Origin: an uncultured Acidobacteriaceae bacterium
Lineage (GTDB): Bacteria > Acidobacteriota > Terriglobia > Terriglobales > Acidobacteriaceae
Reading direction: 5' to 3'
Assembly (NCBI GenBank): GCA_963785315.1
Contig: CAWAUX010000013.1
Location: forward strand, 434,351 to 498,350
Length of the DNA: 64,000 nt
Positions 42,133 to 50,681 of this stretch are shown piece by piece. Every line of letters begins with the position of its first letter. Position 1 is the stretch's first letter. The notes under the pieces were generated by a model that was given only the letters and a program-made list of their open reading frames with translations, was not told the origin of the DNA and ran no database searches. Position numbers and translations under genes: made by a program.

Positions 42133-43800
42133 GTGGCTGATCTTGCAAAATGGAATGTCCATGGACGGGTGGCAAGCCTGAGGACCGAGTTGGCGGAATG
42201 GGATCTGCATTCCGGATACTGGAAGCCTGCTGGGCACTTTACCGTCGCCACGTTCCGTCGTGACGGCGCCATCAGCAGCACGGATGGCTACAATCCGGAC
42301 GGATCCGTGGCTCACTCGCGATGGATCTATGACGAGTTCGGGCGGCTGAGGGAGAGCCACTCGTGGATGAATGACGACACCCCGCACAGGTCTCTGTATC
42401 TTTACGACGACGCCGGCCGGCATTTGAGAACCTTCGCAGTGAGCCCGGACGTCGCCGAAACGGACGTGGAGACCAGCAGCTACGATGCCGAAGGCAGGCG
42501 CACTAAGGTGTCGGTCTTCGGTTCTCGGGCAGGCAATGTCTCCTACTCTATCGAAGGGACGAACATGGGCTTGGGCGCACCCGGCGCCGTCAGGGTGGTG
42601 ATCACCTATGACCACAATGACCTCCCGGTCAAAGAGGTCTTTGAGGATGCGAAGCAGAACCCGCTCCGGCAAGTGATCATGAGACGCGACAACGCGGGGA
42701 GACTGGTCAAGGTTGAGATACACATGGGTGGCCCGTCAATGTTCAGCATGTTCGGCCAGAGCGACCAGCCGATCTCGGCAGAGGCGGACAAAGCCCTGTC
42801 GTTGATGATGGGATCGCTTGGGGGGATCTTTTCAGAGACCAACTATGCTTACGATACCCAGGGCCGGCTTATTGAACGAACGGGCCGATTCTTGAGCCCG
42901 GATCCGCTGGGTGGTAGTCTTGCCAACCCGCAAACGCTGAACAAGTATGCTTACGCAGTCAACAATCCTCTCAAGTTCGTCGATCCCACAGGACTGTATC
43001 ACTGCGTTTGGTCGGAAAGCTCAGGCGGTTTCGATGAAGACGATACGCCGGAGAACGGTGGGGCGACGCAACAGCAGTGCTCCGAACAGGGCGGAGAGTC
43101 ATGGTCTCCTGACCCCGGGGACTTGTCCGCGCCGAGCAATACTGCCAATTTTCAGATAGGAACCGGAGGATCCAATTCTGGCCAACAGAACGGCCAAAAC
43201 GGATCGAATGGCGCGTTTGATTCCAACAGCGCAGCCGCCCAGCTTTTTGGAGCGCAAGGGGCACCCTATTGGGTCGGCGCTAATCAGTTCGTTACAAACG
43301 CCACCATTGGCTACACAGGTATGTATGGGGCTGTGCTTGGAGCCCCCGCAGCCTATTCGGGAGCTGTAAGCGCGGCTGCTAGGGGTTTTGGCTGGTACTA
43401 CGGGTATACGGGTGCCAGCGGCGTAGTTCTTGGCACCTTTGCGGATGACTACCAGGGGGTGGCTCAATCTATTGGGGCCAACTATTTGAATGCCCCAACG
43501 GGGGTATACAACTTCTTCAATAATGCTGATGAGTGGTGGACCCTTAACCAGGGATTTCTGGAGTCATCTATTTTCAGAGGACAGCAATTCTACCTCAGCT
43601 CCGAACCGATGGGCACTGGGGGGTTTTATATGGAGATGCTGTATCTTCAAAGTCGCGGAATCAGACTGTCCAGCAGTGGCCGCGCGCGCACCTGGCGTAC
43701 TGAGCAGCGATGCTCGGCCGGCTTGCCGCGAATCTCTTCCTCGATTCCGTACAGTGCTCCGATGCGCAGCATCGCCTCGGTGGTCGTGGGCGATGCATGA
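42133..43800 (+). CDS. chimeric YD-repeat protein fused to an RHS core tip and C-terminal toxin domain (CT1); true 3' end lost at the IS66 junction (~43655)
   Basis: YD repeats (YDEFGRL, LYDDAGRH, SYDAEGRR, YAYDTQGRLIERTG), then GRFLSPDPLGGSLANPQTLNKYAYAVNNPLKFVDPTGL (RHS-associated core end), then ~225 aa of unrecognised CT. The last 46 codons are antisense read-through into IS66 tnpC. GTG start without an obvious RBS. Confidence 0.7.
   Translation: MADLAKWNVHGRVASLRTELAEWDLHSGYWKPAGHFTVATFRRDGAISSTDGYNPDGSVAHSRWIYDEFGRLRESHSWMNDDTPHRSLYLYDDAGRHLRTFAVSPDVAETDVETSSYDAEGRRTKVSVFGSRAGNVSYSIEGTNMGLGAPGAVRVVITYDHNDLPVKEVFEDAKQNPLRQVIMRRDNAGRLVKVEIHMGGPSMFSMFGQSDQPISAEADKALSLMMGSLGGIFSETNYAYDTQGRLIERTGRFLSPDPLGGSLANPQTLNKYAYAVNNPLKFVDPTGLYHCVWSESSGGFDEDDTPENGGATQQQCSEQGGESWSPDPGDLSAPSNTANFQIGTGGSNSGQQNGQNGSNGAFDSNSAAAQLFGAQGAPYWVGANQFVTNATIGYTGMYGAVLGAPAAYSGAVSAAARGFGWYYGYTGASGVVLGTFADDYQGVAQSIGANYLNAPTGVYNFFNNADEWWTLNQGFLESSIFRGQQFYLSSEPMGTGGFYMEMLYLQSRGIRLSSSGRARTWRTEQRCSAGLPRISSSIPYSAPMRSIASVVVGDA
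42823..42884. repeat. left copy of a 62-bp direct repeat (61/62 identical to 50783-50844)
   Basis: GGGATCTTTTCAGAGACCAACTATGCTTACGATACCCAGGGC(C/T)GGCTTATTGAACGAACGGG. The single mismatch is 42865 C against 50825 T. Confidence 0.95.
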
Positions 43801-44862
43801 GCCAGGTAAACGTCGTAGAACTTACGTCTGGCGTGAGCCCAACACGCAACCTCATAGATGGCCCCTTCACCATAGAGATGATGGAAGCCTGAATAGGCAT
43901 CGGCCTGCAGCGCACCGCGGAAGTCCTTCAGATGCTGACGCGGATGTTCGCCCTTGCGATCCTGGGAATAAGCAAACCACACTGCAGGTGCGGTCTGATG
44001 ACCAGCAGGCCGATCGTCCCGCACATAGGTCCACAGCCTGGCCGTCTTGGTCTTGCCCTTGCCGGGAGCCAGCACCGGAATCGGCGTATCATCGGCGTGT
44101 ATTTTCGCCTCCTGCCATGACGTGCCTCCTGATCTGATCGACCAGCGGCGCGAGCAACTCACTGGCCGCGCCTACCCATCCGGCCAGAGTGGAACGGCTA
44201 AGGTCCACTCCTTCCCGAGCGTAGATCTCAGACTGCCGATACAGCGGCAAGTGATCAGCAAACTTCGACACCAGCACATGCGCCAGCAGACTGGGGCCTG
44301 GCAAGCCCTGATCGATCGGCCGCGCCGGGGCAGGCGCCTGAACCACCTGTTCACAGGCCCCGCAAGCAAACTTGGGCCGCACATGTTGAATGACCTTGTA
44401 GCTGGCCGGAATGCGCTCCAGCTGCTCGGATACATCTTCGCCAAACTGGCGCAGGGCTCCACCGCAATCCGGACAGCAAGTGCTCGCAGGAGGATGGGTG
44501 ATGACTTCGCGCGGAAGATCCTCGGGCAATGGCTTGCGCGGAGCACGCGGCCGGGACTTATTCGTCGCTCGCGGAGAGGGTGGTTCTTGCGTTTGCCTGG
44601 CTGCCTGCTCCGTCTCCAGTTCTTCCAGCTGAAACTCAAGCTGTTCCAGCTCGCCCTTCAGCTTCTCGCTCTTGGTGCCGAAGATCATCCGCTTGTACTT
44701 GTCGATGACCAGTTTCAAATGTTCAATCTGCTGGCTGGCCGATGCTATCTGCTGGCTGGCCAGTTGCTGCTGTTCAAGCAACTGGTTGTGCTGTGCGAGC
44801 ACCATCTTCTTCAATGCTTCCGTATCGAGCGTATCGAGATTCGGTAATGGAGCAGAAATCAC
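43647..44862 (-). pseudogene. tnpC: IS66 transposase TnpC, frameshifted (~44115) and 3'-truncated
   Basis: N-part: leucine-zipper region, CPDCGG...CGACE zinc motif and LPLYRQSEIYAREGVDLSRSTLAGWV. After ...RRHVMAGG the frame changes to KIHADDTPIPVLAPGKGKTKTARLWTYVRDDRP...ACWAHARRKFYDV. It ends at ...RARPLLDSL without the usual C-terminal ~100 aa. Confidence 0.85.
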
Positions 44863-44939
44863 GACTGCAGTATGGCATGAACAGAGCCATGGGCTATCTC
44901 ATAAAACCCGCATGAATACTGGAGAATCTGTCTTGTTAC

Positions 44940-45287
44940 TCACACCGCAAGCTCAGGCGTCCAGGTTCTCTTCGGGCTGCGCCAGTCGATGCCTTCCAGC
45001 AACATCGAGAGCTGCGCACGCGTCAGCAAAACGGTCCCTTCTGTGGCTTGTGGCCAGATGAAGCGACCCTTCTCCAGACGCTTGGCGAATAGACATAGGC
45101 CGTCTCCATCGAACCAAAGCAGTTTTACGATGTCACCTCTACGACCGCGGAAAACAAACACGTGACCGGAAAATGGCTGCTGCTGCAGAACCGTCTGCAC
45201 CTGCGCACTCAATCCATCAAACCCGCGGCGCATATCCGTCACGCCGGCTGCAAGCCAGATCTTCGTTCCAGTACGAAGTTCGATCAC
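44940..45287 (-). CDS. tnpB: IS66 Orf2 (TnpB)
   Basis: KIWLAAGVTDMRRGFDGLSAQVQTVLQQQPFSGHVFVFRGRRGDIVKLLWFDGDGLCLFAKRLEKGRFIWP is the canonical IS66 TnpB pattern. Confidence 0.9.
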   Translation of the reverse strand: MIELRTGTKIWLAAGVTDMRRGFDGLSAQVQTVLQQQPFSGHVFVFRGRRGDIVKLLWFDGDGLCLFAKRLEKGRFIWPQATEGTVLLTRAQLSMLLEGIDWRSPKRTWTPELAV

Positions 45288-45646
45288 TTGCGCAAGCTCT
45301 CCAAGATCGTGCGTAGCAAGGCGGGATCAGCGCCACTCTCGATGCTGATCAGCGCACGGCCCTGAAGCTCGATGTGAATGCATCCAGAGTTAGTCTGCGG
45401 CTTATCTCCACCAGATAGCACCACCGGAAGCAAAGACGCAGATGCTGAAGCCGGCACCGACAACTCACCCCGTTCAAACTCGCGCCGCCACTTGAATACC
45501 TGGTTCGCGTTCACCCCATGAGCTCTCGCCACCAGTGCCACGCTCGCGCCGGGCACCAACGTCAGATCAACGATCCGACGCTTCTCGGCAACTGACCGCC
45601 ATCTGCGAACACGGCGTTCCGGCACCAATCCCTCTGCCTGGTCCAT
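45284..45646 (-). CDS. tnpA: IS66 Orf1 (TnpA, HTH)
   Basis: RRWRSVAEKRRIVDLTLVPGASVALVARAHGVNANQVFKWRREF. The stop overlaps the tnpB start. Confidence 0.85.
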   Translation of the reverse strand: MDQAEGLVPERRVRRWRSVAEKRRIVDLTLVPGASVALVARAHGVNANQVFKWRREFERGELSVPASASASLLPVVLSGGDKPQTNSGCIHIELQGRALISIESGADPALLRTILESLRK

Positions 45647-45732
45647 GACACAAGACTCACGGCTAAACCCGCCTTGGACCCATTAACACTGCCCCGCGCA
45701 CTCGTTCCGCGCTAAGTCGTAGAGATATCTAG

Positions 45733-46314
45733 ATGAACAAGCTTTTCAAACACTGGCTTTTCCTGGTAACGAGACCGCCACTATTATTGATCGGATTGAC
45801 TGGACGCTTTATGTACCAAGCATTGTTTGCCAAGGCAGACAGACAACGCGCCGAAAAGCGGGAACTGCAGCTTGCCGCCAGCGTCAGGCAGATATTCTCG
45901 TTCCTATTTGTTGACAACATTGCGAGAATCGTCGGTCGAGATCCGACTCTAGAGTTCCCGCCGCCCTTCGATCTCGCTTACGTGTTTGTTGTCAAGGGAA
46001 ACATAGCCTACCGATTTTTGCGTGGTAGAGATGAGGAATCTGTCAGCCTAAGACTCGCCGGAACGGATGGTCGATGGAGCGAGCTATCCTTGGTGCTTAG
46101 CCTCGTCGACGCCCCAGAACAAGTGAAAGTAGGATCCATTGATGGTTTCTACGCTGCCTCGCGGCTTCTGAGATCCAACTTGAAAGCAATCGAGGAAGCA
46201 TTTTCTGAGGCGCACTACCCAGAACTAAGAGAGAAGCTCGACGACTGGTACGCGCGGCACAAAATCCGTCTGAAAGCGCTATCGACTGAGATTAATCGTG
46301 AATTGTACGGCTAG
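45733..46314 (+). CDS. hypothetical protein, candidate immunity protein for CT1 (now separated from it by IS66)
   Basis: 193-aa ORF starting just outside the IS66 end. It occupies the position expected for an RHS immunity gene. No family recognised and visibly more AT-rich than its surroundings. Confidence 0.45.
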   Translation: MNKLFKHWLFLVTRPPLLLIGLTGRFMYQALFAKADRQRAEKRELQLAASVRQIFSFLFVDNIARIVGRDPTLEFPPPFDLAYVFVVKGNIAYRFLRGRDEESVSLRLAGTDGRWSELSLVLSLVDAPEQVKVGSIDGFYAASRLLRSNLKAIEEAFSEAHYPELREKLDDWYARHKIRLKALSTEINRELYG

Positions 46315-46351
46315 CCGAGGCGAACAGCAATGAGCCAAAATTAAGGTCACT

Positions 46352-47185
46352 ATGGGCCGCTTCATGTCGCCCGATCCGAGTGGTCTATCCTTCGCGAATC
46401 CAGCGAACCCGCAGAGCCTAAATCTCTACTCTTATGCACTCAACAACCCGCTCATCAACATCGACCCGACGGGGCTGGAGTGCGTGTGGGATGACGGCAG
46501 CTACGATTCAGCAGCCGATGCCCAGACCGGCAATGCAGCGGGTTGCTCGGGACAAGGCGGAACATACGTCAACCCGGACCTATTCGAGAACGCACTTCTA
46601 ACGAACGGGCAGAACGCCAACATCCAGTACGGCTCATGGAGCGGATCGGCAAACTCGACGCTTGCATCGAGTTGGACTACGGCTTCCGGGACTGCGTACG
46701 GAGGCCAGTACGCGGCAGGGCAAGAAGTGGATGAAGCTGTGAACTTGTTCTATGGCAATGGAGCTAAACCGACCATCAGCTATAACAACAACGATCCGTT
46801 CACGATGAGCTTCAAAAACTCACTTGGGATGCAGGGTATTATGGCTGGGATTACGTCTAATTGCAGTGCTACCAGCGGAAGTGTGCCGGTCGGTACAGGC
46901 GAAGCATTTGCAAACACAATGATCGACGGCCCCTTCTTGAAGAGCGCGGACGGCTCCGTCGTGAGTGGTTACTACACTCCAGAAGCTCAGTTGGGAGGGT
47001 TTAACTCCACGTATAGCCGGTCGGGTGGGGTGGTGAATATCACAGTGACGAATGCGATTACGCTAAACTCACTTGCTCTCCACGCGACAGCTCCCCTGGG
47101 CATCCCGAATCCCTCAAGCGGTCATTTGGGAACGGTAAACCAGCAGTTGAATATCACTGCTGCTGATCCATGCGGGGGAAGCTAG
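46352..47185 (+). CDS. orphan RHS core-tip + C-terminal toxin cassette (CT2)
   Basis: Begins MGRFMSPDPSGLSFANPANPQSLNLYSYALNNPLINIDPTGLECVWDDGSYD..., i.e. only the last ~40 aa of an RHS core followed by a ~230-aa unrecognised CT. Confidence 0.7.
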   Translation: MGRFMSPDPSGLSFANPANPQSLNLYSYALNNPLINIDPTGLECVWDDGSYDSAADAQTGNAAGCSGQGGTYVNPDLFENALLTNGQNANIQYGSWSGSANSTLASSWTTASGTAYGGQYAAGQEVDEAVNLFYGNGAKPTISYNNNDPFTMSFKNSLGMQGIMAGITSNCSATSGSVPVGTGEAFANTMIDGPFLKSADGSVVSGYYTPEAQLGGFNSTYSRSGGVVNITVTNAITLNSLALHATAPLGIPNPSSGHLGTVNQQLNITAADPCGGS

Positions 47186-47190
47186 AGCAT

Positions 47191-47646
47191 ATGGACACCA
47201 AAAAACAACCGAAGTGGATGAGTGTCAAACTTGCGCTGATCGGCGTGGTGCTGTTGTCGCTGAACGGTTGCATGATGGTCAAGTCTGAGTCGGCTATCTT
47301 AGGGCGCTACGAGCTGAAGGTGGGGGCGGATACGATCTCCCTCAAGCTCTCTTCAGACAAGAGCTTCACTGAAGGGATCGCTTGGCAAGGGGGAAAGGTC
47401 CAAAACCACTCAGGTAAATGGCTGTGGGCCAATGAGGGTATTAGCTTCGACCAGCTATGGATACCTCGGGAGTTCGCGCCGGAATACATCCTCCAGGCAG
47501 ACGCATCTGCCAGCGAGAACAAGCAGCCGAAGTACACGGAGCCGGGCCACTGGTTCATCAGGCCAGAAAGGCACTGGGGGAAAGTGATCCTACCGGTGTT
47601 CCCTGACGCGGATACTGAGTTCAAGATGGTGTCTCATACTCAGTGA
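47191..47646 (+). CDS. lipoprotein, candidate immunity protein for CT2
   Basis: ATG 6 nt after the CT2 stop. Signal peptide with lipobox LLSLNGC. Confidence 0.55.
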   Translation: MDTKKQPKWMSVKLALIGVVLLSLNGCMMVKSESAILGRYELKVGADTISLKLSSDKSFTEGIAWQGGKVQNHSGKWLWANEGISFDQLWIPREFAPEYILQADASASENKQPKYTEPGHWFIRPERHWGKVILPVFPDADTEFKMVSHTQ

Positions 47647-47664
47647 TCTTCTGTTCCTCATCAG

Positions 47665-47690
47665 CAAGGCCGTCCTTCGGGGCGGTCTTG
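47665..47690 (+). terminator. stem-loop (11-bp stem with two G-U pairs, UUCG loop) after the CT2 immunity gene
   Basis: CAAGGCCGTCC-TTCG-GGGCGGTCTTG, 19 nt after the stop. No clear U-tract. Confidence 0.35.
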
Positions 47691-48009
47691 CTGCGTCTGG
47701 GCCTGCCATCGAGCGCTGTGGCGAACGGAATAAAAGCGCCCTGCCTACGGCATCGGGTTGTAAGGTGACACTCCACCCCTGCATCTCTGATGCGAACCCA
47801 ATTGCATGGGCAGTGTGAAGCATGTCACCATGTAGCATTTCTCAAGCATGCACGGAGCCATCTGTACGATGCAGCCGCTAAACGAAAACCCGCGTCTGAG
47901 CCTCACGAGTAAAAATCCTGCACTGCATCCGGGGAACAACGTCCCGAACTCCACTGCTGCAATAGGGGATAGCTGGAGCGTAGCTTCAGAAACCCGGTGG
48001 AGTCATGAG

Positions 48010-48789
48010 ATGGGCCGCTTCCTCAGCCCGGACCCGTCTCAGCTTTACTATGCTGATCCGACCAATCCGCAGAGCCTAAACCTGTACAGTTATGGTCGGA
48101 ATAATCCGCTCATCAACACTGATCCGACGGGCCTGGACTGTGTGTACATCAACAACGATAGTGGGGCCTTCGAAGATTTCAACAGCGGAGACTGCGACAA
48201 CTCAACGGCCGCGAGAGCCAATTCGGGCTACTACGTGGACGGAACGGTCAATCAGATTGGGTTCAATGCCCAGGGTCAGGTTAATGGATATAGCGCTTCT
48301 AGCGGAGACGGCGTGTTCGATAGTTTCCCAGGCTCCCAAAATGCGGGCGTAGCCACCGCTCTTCTGAATCCCTACTCCGGTGCCGTCTCAAGTCCTGGGC
48401 AAACGGTGAATGTCAACGGGAACTCGCCTGCAAGTCCAAGCCTAAACTCCGCAAGCATATCGAGCCAGATTCCTGCTGGGTATAAGCCGCCACCCCCTGG
48501 AGTAGGTGTGATAGGTCCGAACCCTTCTCGGCCTTCGCCTAACTTAGCCGGAGATCCCTCTTGTTTGGGCGCTCCAGATGCAGTATCTGCCATCCATAGT
48601 CTTCAGCGGGGAGTCAATCAGAACCCGCCATCAGGGTCTTCAGACGGCGAATTCGGCCAGTCGATCTACCAGAGAACAACGCAAGGGGATCGCCCATTTG
48701 GAAACTCCGCGGCTGATACGGGCTTCAACGCGGGCTTCATGATCGGTGATTACGGGCTCTCACTTGTCAACTGCTTACAGGGGCACTGA
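48010..48789 (+). CDS. orphan RHS core-tip + C-terminal toxin cassette (CT3)
   Basis: MGRFLSPDPSQLYYADPTNPQSLNLYSYGRNNPLINTDPTGLDCVYINNDSGAFEDF..., then ~215 aa of unrecognised CT. The ORF is open from 47848, but only the sequence from 48010 resembles RHS. Confidence 0.65.
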   Translation: MGRFLSPDPSQLYYADPTNPQSLNLYSYGRNNPLINTDPTGLDCVYINNDSGAFEDFNSGDCDNSTAARANSGYYVDGTVNQIGFNAQGQVNGYSASSGDGVFDSFPGSQNAGVATALLNPYSGAVSSPGQTVNVNGNSPASPSLNSASISSQIPAGYKPPPPGVGVIGPNPSRPSPNLAGDPSCLGAPDAVSAIHSLQRGVNQNPPSGSSDGEFGQSIYQRTTQGDRPFGNSAADTGFNAGFMIGDYGLSLVNCLQGH

Positions 48790-48790
48790 G

Positions 48791-49099
48791 ATGAGAAAGC
48801 CAAAGAGCAAGAAGGAACTCGACTCGTACATAGAAGACCTAAAGTCTAGCCAGAAAAACCTGATCTGGCCCGATGTGCTCCGGGGCGGTCGGTCGGTCGA
48901 CGAGTTCCTCTGGAAAGGGGCGCGTGACGCCCCTTTAGTTCAGCGGATCGGGGCAGTGATCCTTGCGCTCATGTACATCATGATTGCGGCTCTAATCGTC
49001 GATGTGGCTGTTGAACAGGGAAAGTGGTTTATCGGTGTAGCCGCCATCTTCTTCTTCGGAGCCGGAGCGTGGTTCATCCGCAATGCACTTAGGAAGTAG
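48791..49099 (+). CDS. small two-TM membrane protein, candidate immunity protein for CT3
   Basis: ATG 2 nt after the CT3 stop. Two hydrophobic helices (IGAVILALMYIMIAALIVDVAV, FIGVAAIFFFGAGAWFI). Confidence 0.5.
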   Translation: MRKPKSKKELDSYIEDLKSSQKNLIWPDVLRGGRSVDEFLWKGARDAPLVQRIGAVILALMYIMIAALIVDVAVEQGKWFIGVAAIFFFGAGAWFIRNALRK

Positions 49100-49119
49100 G
49101 CCGTTCCTTCAGGGCGGCC
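49099..49119 (+). terminator. stem-loop homologous to 47665-47690, directly after the CT3 immunity gene
   Basis: GGCCGTTC-CTTCA-GGGCGGCC, starting at the last base of the stop codon. Confidence 0.3.
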
Positions 49120-49488
49120 AGCTCTCCATCGGTATCCCTGCCAACCCCTGAAATCCTCTTTCATCCAGCATCGTTGAAGAGCGCCATGCTGCGCATGGGG
49201 AGAAGGGTGACACTCCACCCCTTGCAGGTAACTGCCTAGGAACCTTGGTATCCCGTTAGATACTCGTTGAAAACAAGCGAGTTGCAGGAGTGCGGTCTCT
49301 AACGAGATACCAAAGTTCCTTGTTGCGAACTTATTGAGAGCAAAAGATCGAGGCGGAATGGCATCCTGGCGCTCATGCGCGGCACCCTTCGCTGTGGTGG
49401 CCGTCAAGGGTCTGCGCTTCGCTTCGATGAACGCGCAACAGGCGCGCGCCCTTGACCGCCGTCCTCGCTGCGGGTGGTTGTCAGTTAT

Positions 49489-49527
49489 GAGAAGAATGTC
49501 TTCTTCTCATGTGTTTTAAAACACATG
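49489..49527. repeat. two abutting palindromes (8-bp stem hairpin + perfect 20-bp AT-rich palindrome)
   Basis: GAGAAGAA-TGTC-TTCTTCTC (49489-49508), immediately followed by CATGTGTTTTAAAACACATG (49508-49527). Confidence 0.9.
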
Positions 49528-49585
49528 CCAAGACAAATGGAACAGCGACGGTGGCGAGGCTGAGATGAGGCGGGTTGTCCGATGA

Positions 49586-49846
49586 CTAGCGGTAGGCTTC
49601 GCGACGGTGCTTGACGGCAGTGACGTAGAGGGTGTGTCCGTAATCGTGGAAGCGAAGCCGGTAATCGCCGACGCGCAGGCGGAACTCGGGCGGCTCGATG
49701 TCCTGGAGGCGCTTCACGTCGCCCTCGCCGGTGGCGGCGAAGTGGGCCAGGGCGCGGAGAAGGCGCAGGGCGGTAGGCTGGTCGATGGCGCGGAGCTGGG
49801 CCTTGGCCTGGTCCCGCCAGGCGATCTTCTTGCGCTCCATGCTCAC
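49586..49846 (-). CDS. type II toxin, ParE/RelE family
   Basis: 86 aa. ...DVKRLQDIEPPEFRLRVGDYRLRFHDYGHTLYVTAVKHRREAY is the typical ParE/RelE C-terminal pattern. The start overlaps the upstream antitoxin stop (ATGA). Confidence 0.8.
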   Translation of the reverse strand: MSMERKKIAWRDQAKAQLRAIDQPTALRLLRALAHFAATGEGDVKRLQDIEPPEFRLRVGDYRLRFHDYGHTLYVTAVKHRREAYR

Positions 49847-50163
49847 TGACCGGAAGGATGCGGTTCGGCGTCGAGCGGGGTCCGTCCCATGCGCTCGAAA
49901 TCCTCGGCCGTCAGGCCGAAGTCGGCCAGGACCTCCTGGTGAGAAACGACTTCTCCGCGCGCGTAGGCGGCGCGTGCCTCGGCGATGTCGCGGGCCTCTT
50001 CTTCGCTCACCGGCTCGTCATCCATCGGGGCGTTGGCCAGGGCGACGGAGACCGGATCGAGCATCGCTTCGAGCAGGCCGACGACGGCGGAGGCCTGCGC
50101 GGTGGATATGCGATCGATGAGTTCGTGGGCCTGCTGCTTCGGGTTAATTACGGCCTGAGCCAT
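49843..50163 (-). CDS. cognate antitoxin (family not recognised)
   Basis: 106-aa acidic protein translationally coupled to the toxin. ...EPVSEEEARDIAEARAAYARGEVVSHQEVLADFGL. Confidence 0.6.
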   Translation of the reverse strand: MAQAVINPKQQAHELIDRISTAQASAVVGLLEAMLDPVSVALANAPMDDEPVSEEEARDIAEARAAYARGEVVSHQEVLADFGLTAEDFERMGRTPLDAEPHPSGQ

Positions 50164-50198
50164 GGGAAATCCTTCCTCTCCAAGGTTACCGTTCCCCC

Positions 50199-50615
50199 TT
50201 ATCGTTCCGACGACCAGCGGCGTGCTTCCTGCTGCAGGATCATGCTGTCGAGGACCTGCTGGACGACCTTCTTGGACTCTGGATCGAAGCGGGAGACGGC
50301 CTCGAACTGAAGCTTGAGGGCATCGTCCGGGCCGCGCTCGTCCTTATCGAAGAGCAGTTGATCGGAAGCGACTCCCAAAGCTATGGCCATGTTGCGAATG
50401 ACGTCGAGGGTGGGCTGCGAGATGCCTGCTTCGTATCGTTTTAGCTGCTGAACATGGACACCGACGCGCTCGGCGAGCTGCTGTTGAGTGAATCCCTTCT
50501 CTTTACGCAGTTCGGCGACGCGAGCTGGGAAGCCGCTAGCAATGGGGTTCTTAGGCACACATACAGCGTAAGTAGCCAAAATCCTCTCTTGACCTCGAGG
50601 AACTCTATGTAGCAC
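50199..50615 (-). CDS. XRE-family helix-turn-helix transcriptional regulator
   Basis: RVAELRKEKGFTQQQLAERVGVHVQQLKRYEAGISQPTLDVIRNMAIALGVASDQLLF. The start codon is uncertain. Confidence 0.75.
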   Translation of the reverse strand: MLHRVPRGQERILATYAVCVPKNPIASGFPARVAELRKEKGFTQQQLAERVGVHVQQLKRYEAGISQPTLDVIRNMAIALGVASDQLLFDKDERGPDDALKLQFEAVSRFDPESKKVVQQVLDSMILQQEARRWSSER

Positions 50616-50681
50616 ATCAAAGGTATCACATATGTACCTTGACAGGTTTTAGCAGGATACCTGGAAAAACAGTGAGGGCGA

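Larger units (their letters stand above)
43650..45725 (-). mobile_element. IS66-family insertion sequence, truncated at the tnpC-distal end
   Basis: tnpA-tnpB-tnpC order with the typical ATGA overlap of tnpA and tnpB. tnpC lacks roughly its last 100 codons and the adjacent terminal repeat. The outer boundary near 45650-45725 is not resolved. Confidence 0.8.

Noticed and set aside
43660-43800. The last 46 codons of the 42133..43800 ORF, considered as part of the toxin domain.
   Set aside because: The sequence is the reverse complement of IS66 tnpC coding DNA, so this is read-through past the deletion junction.
44089-44162. Programmed ribosomal frameshift in the IS66 transposase.
   Set aside because: IS66 TnpC is normally a single ORF. 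The break is of the same one-extra-base type seen in many unrelated genes of this window, and there is no slippery heptamer followed by a structure.
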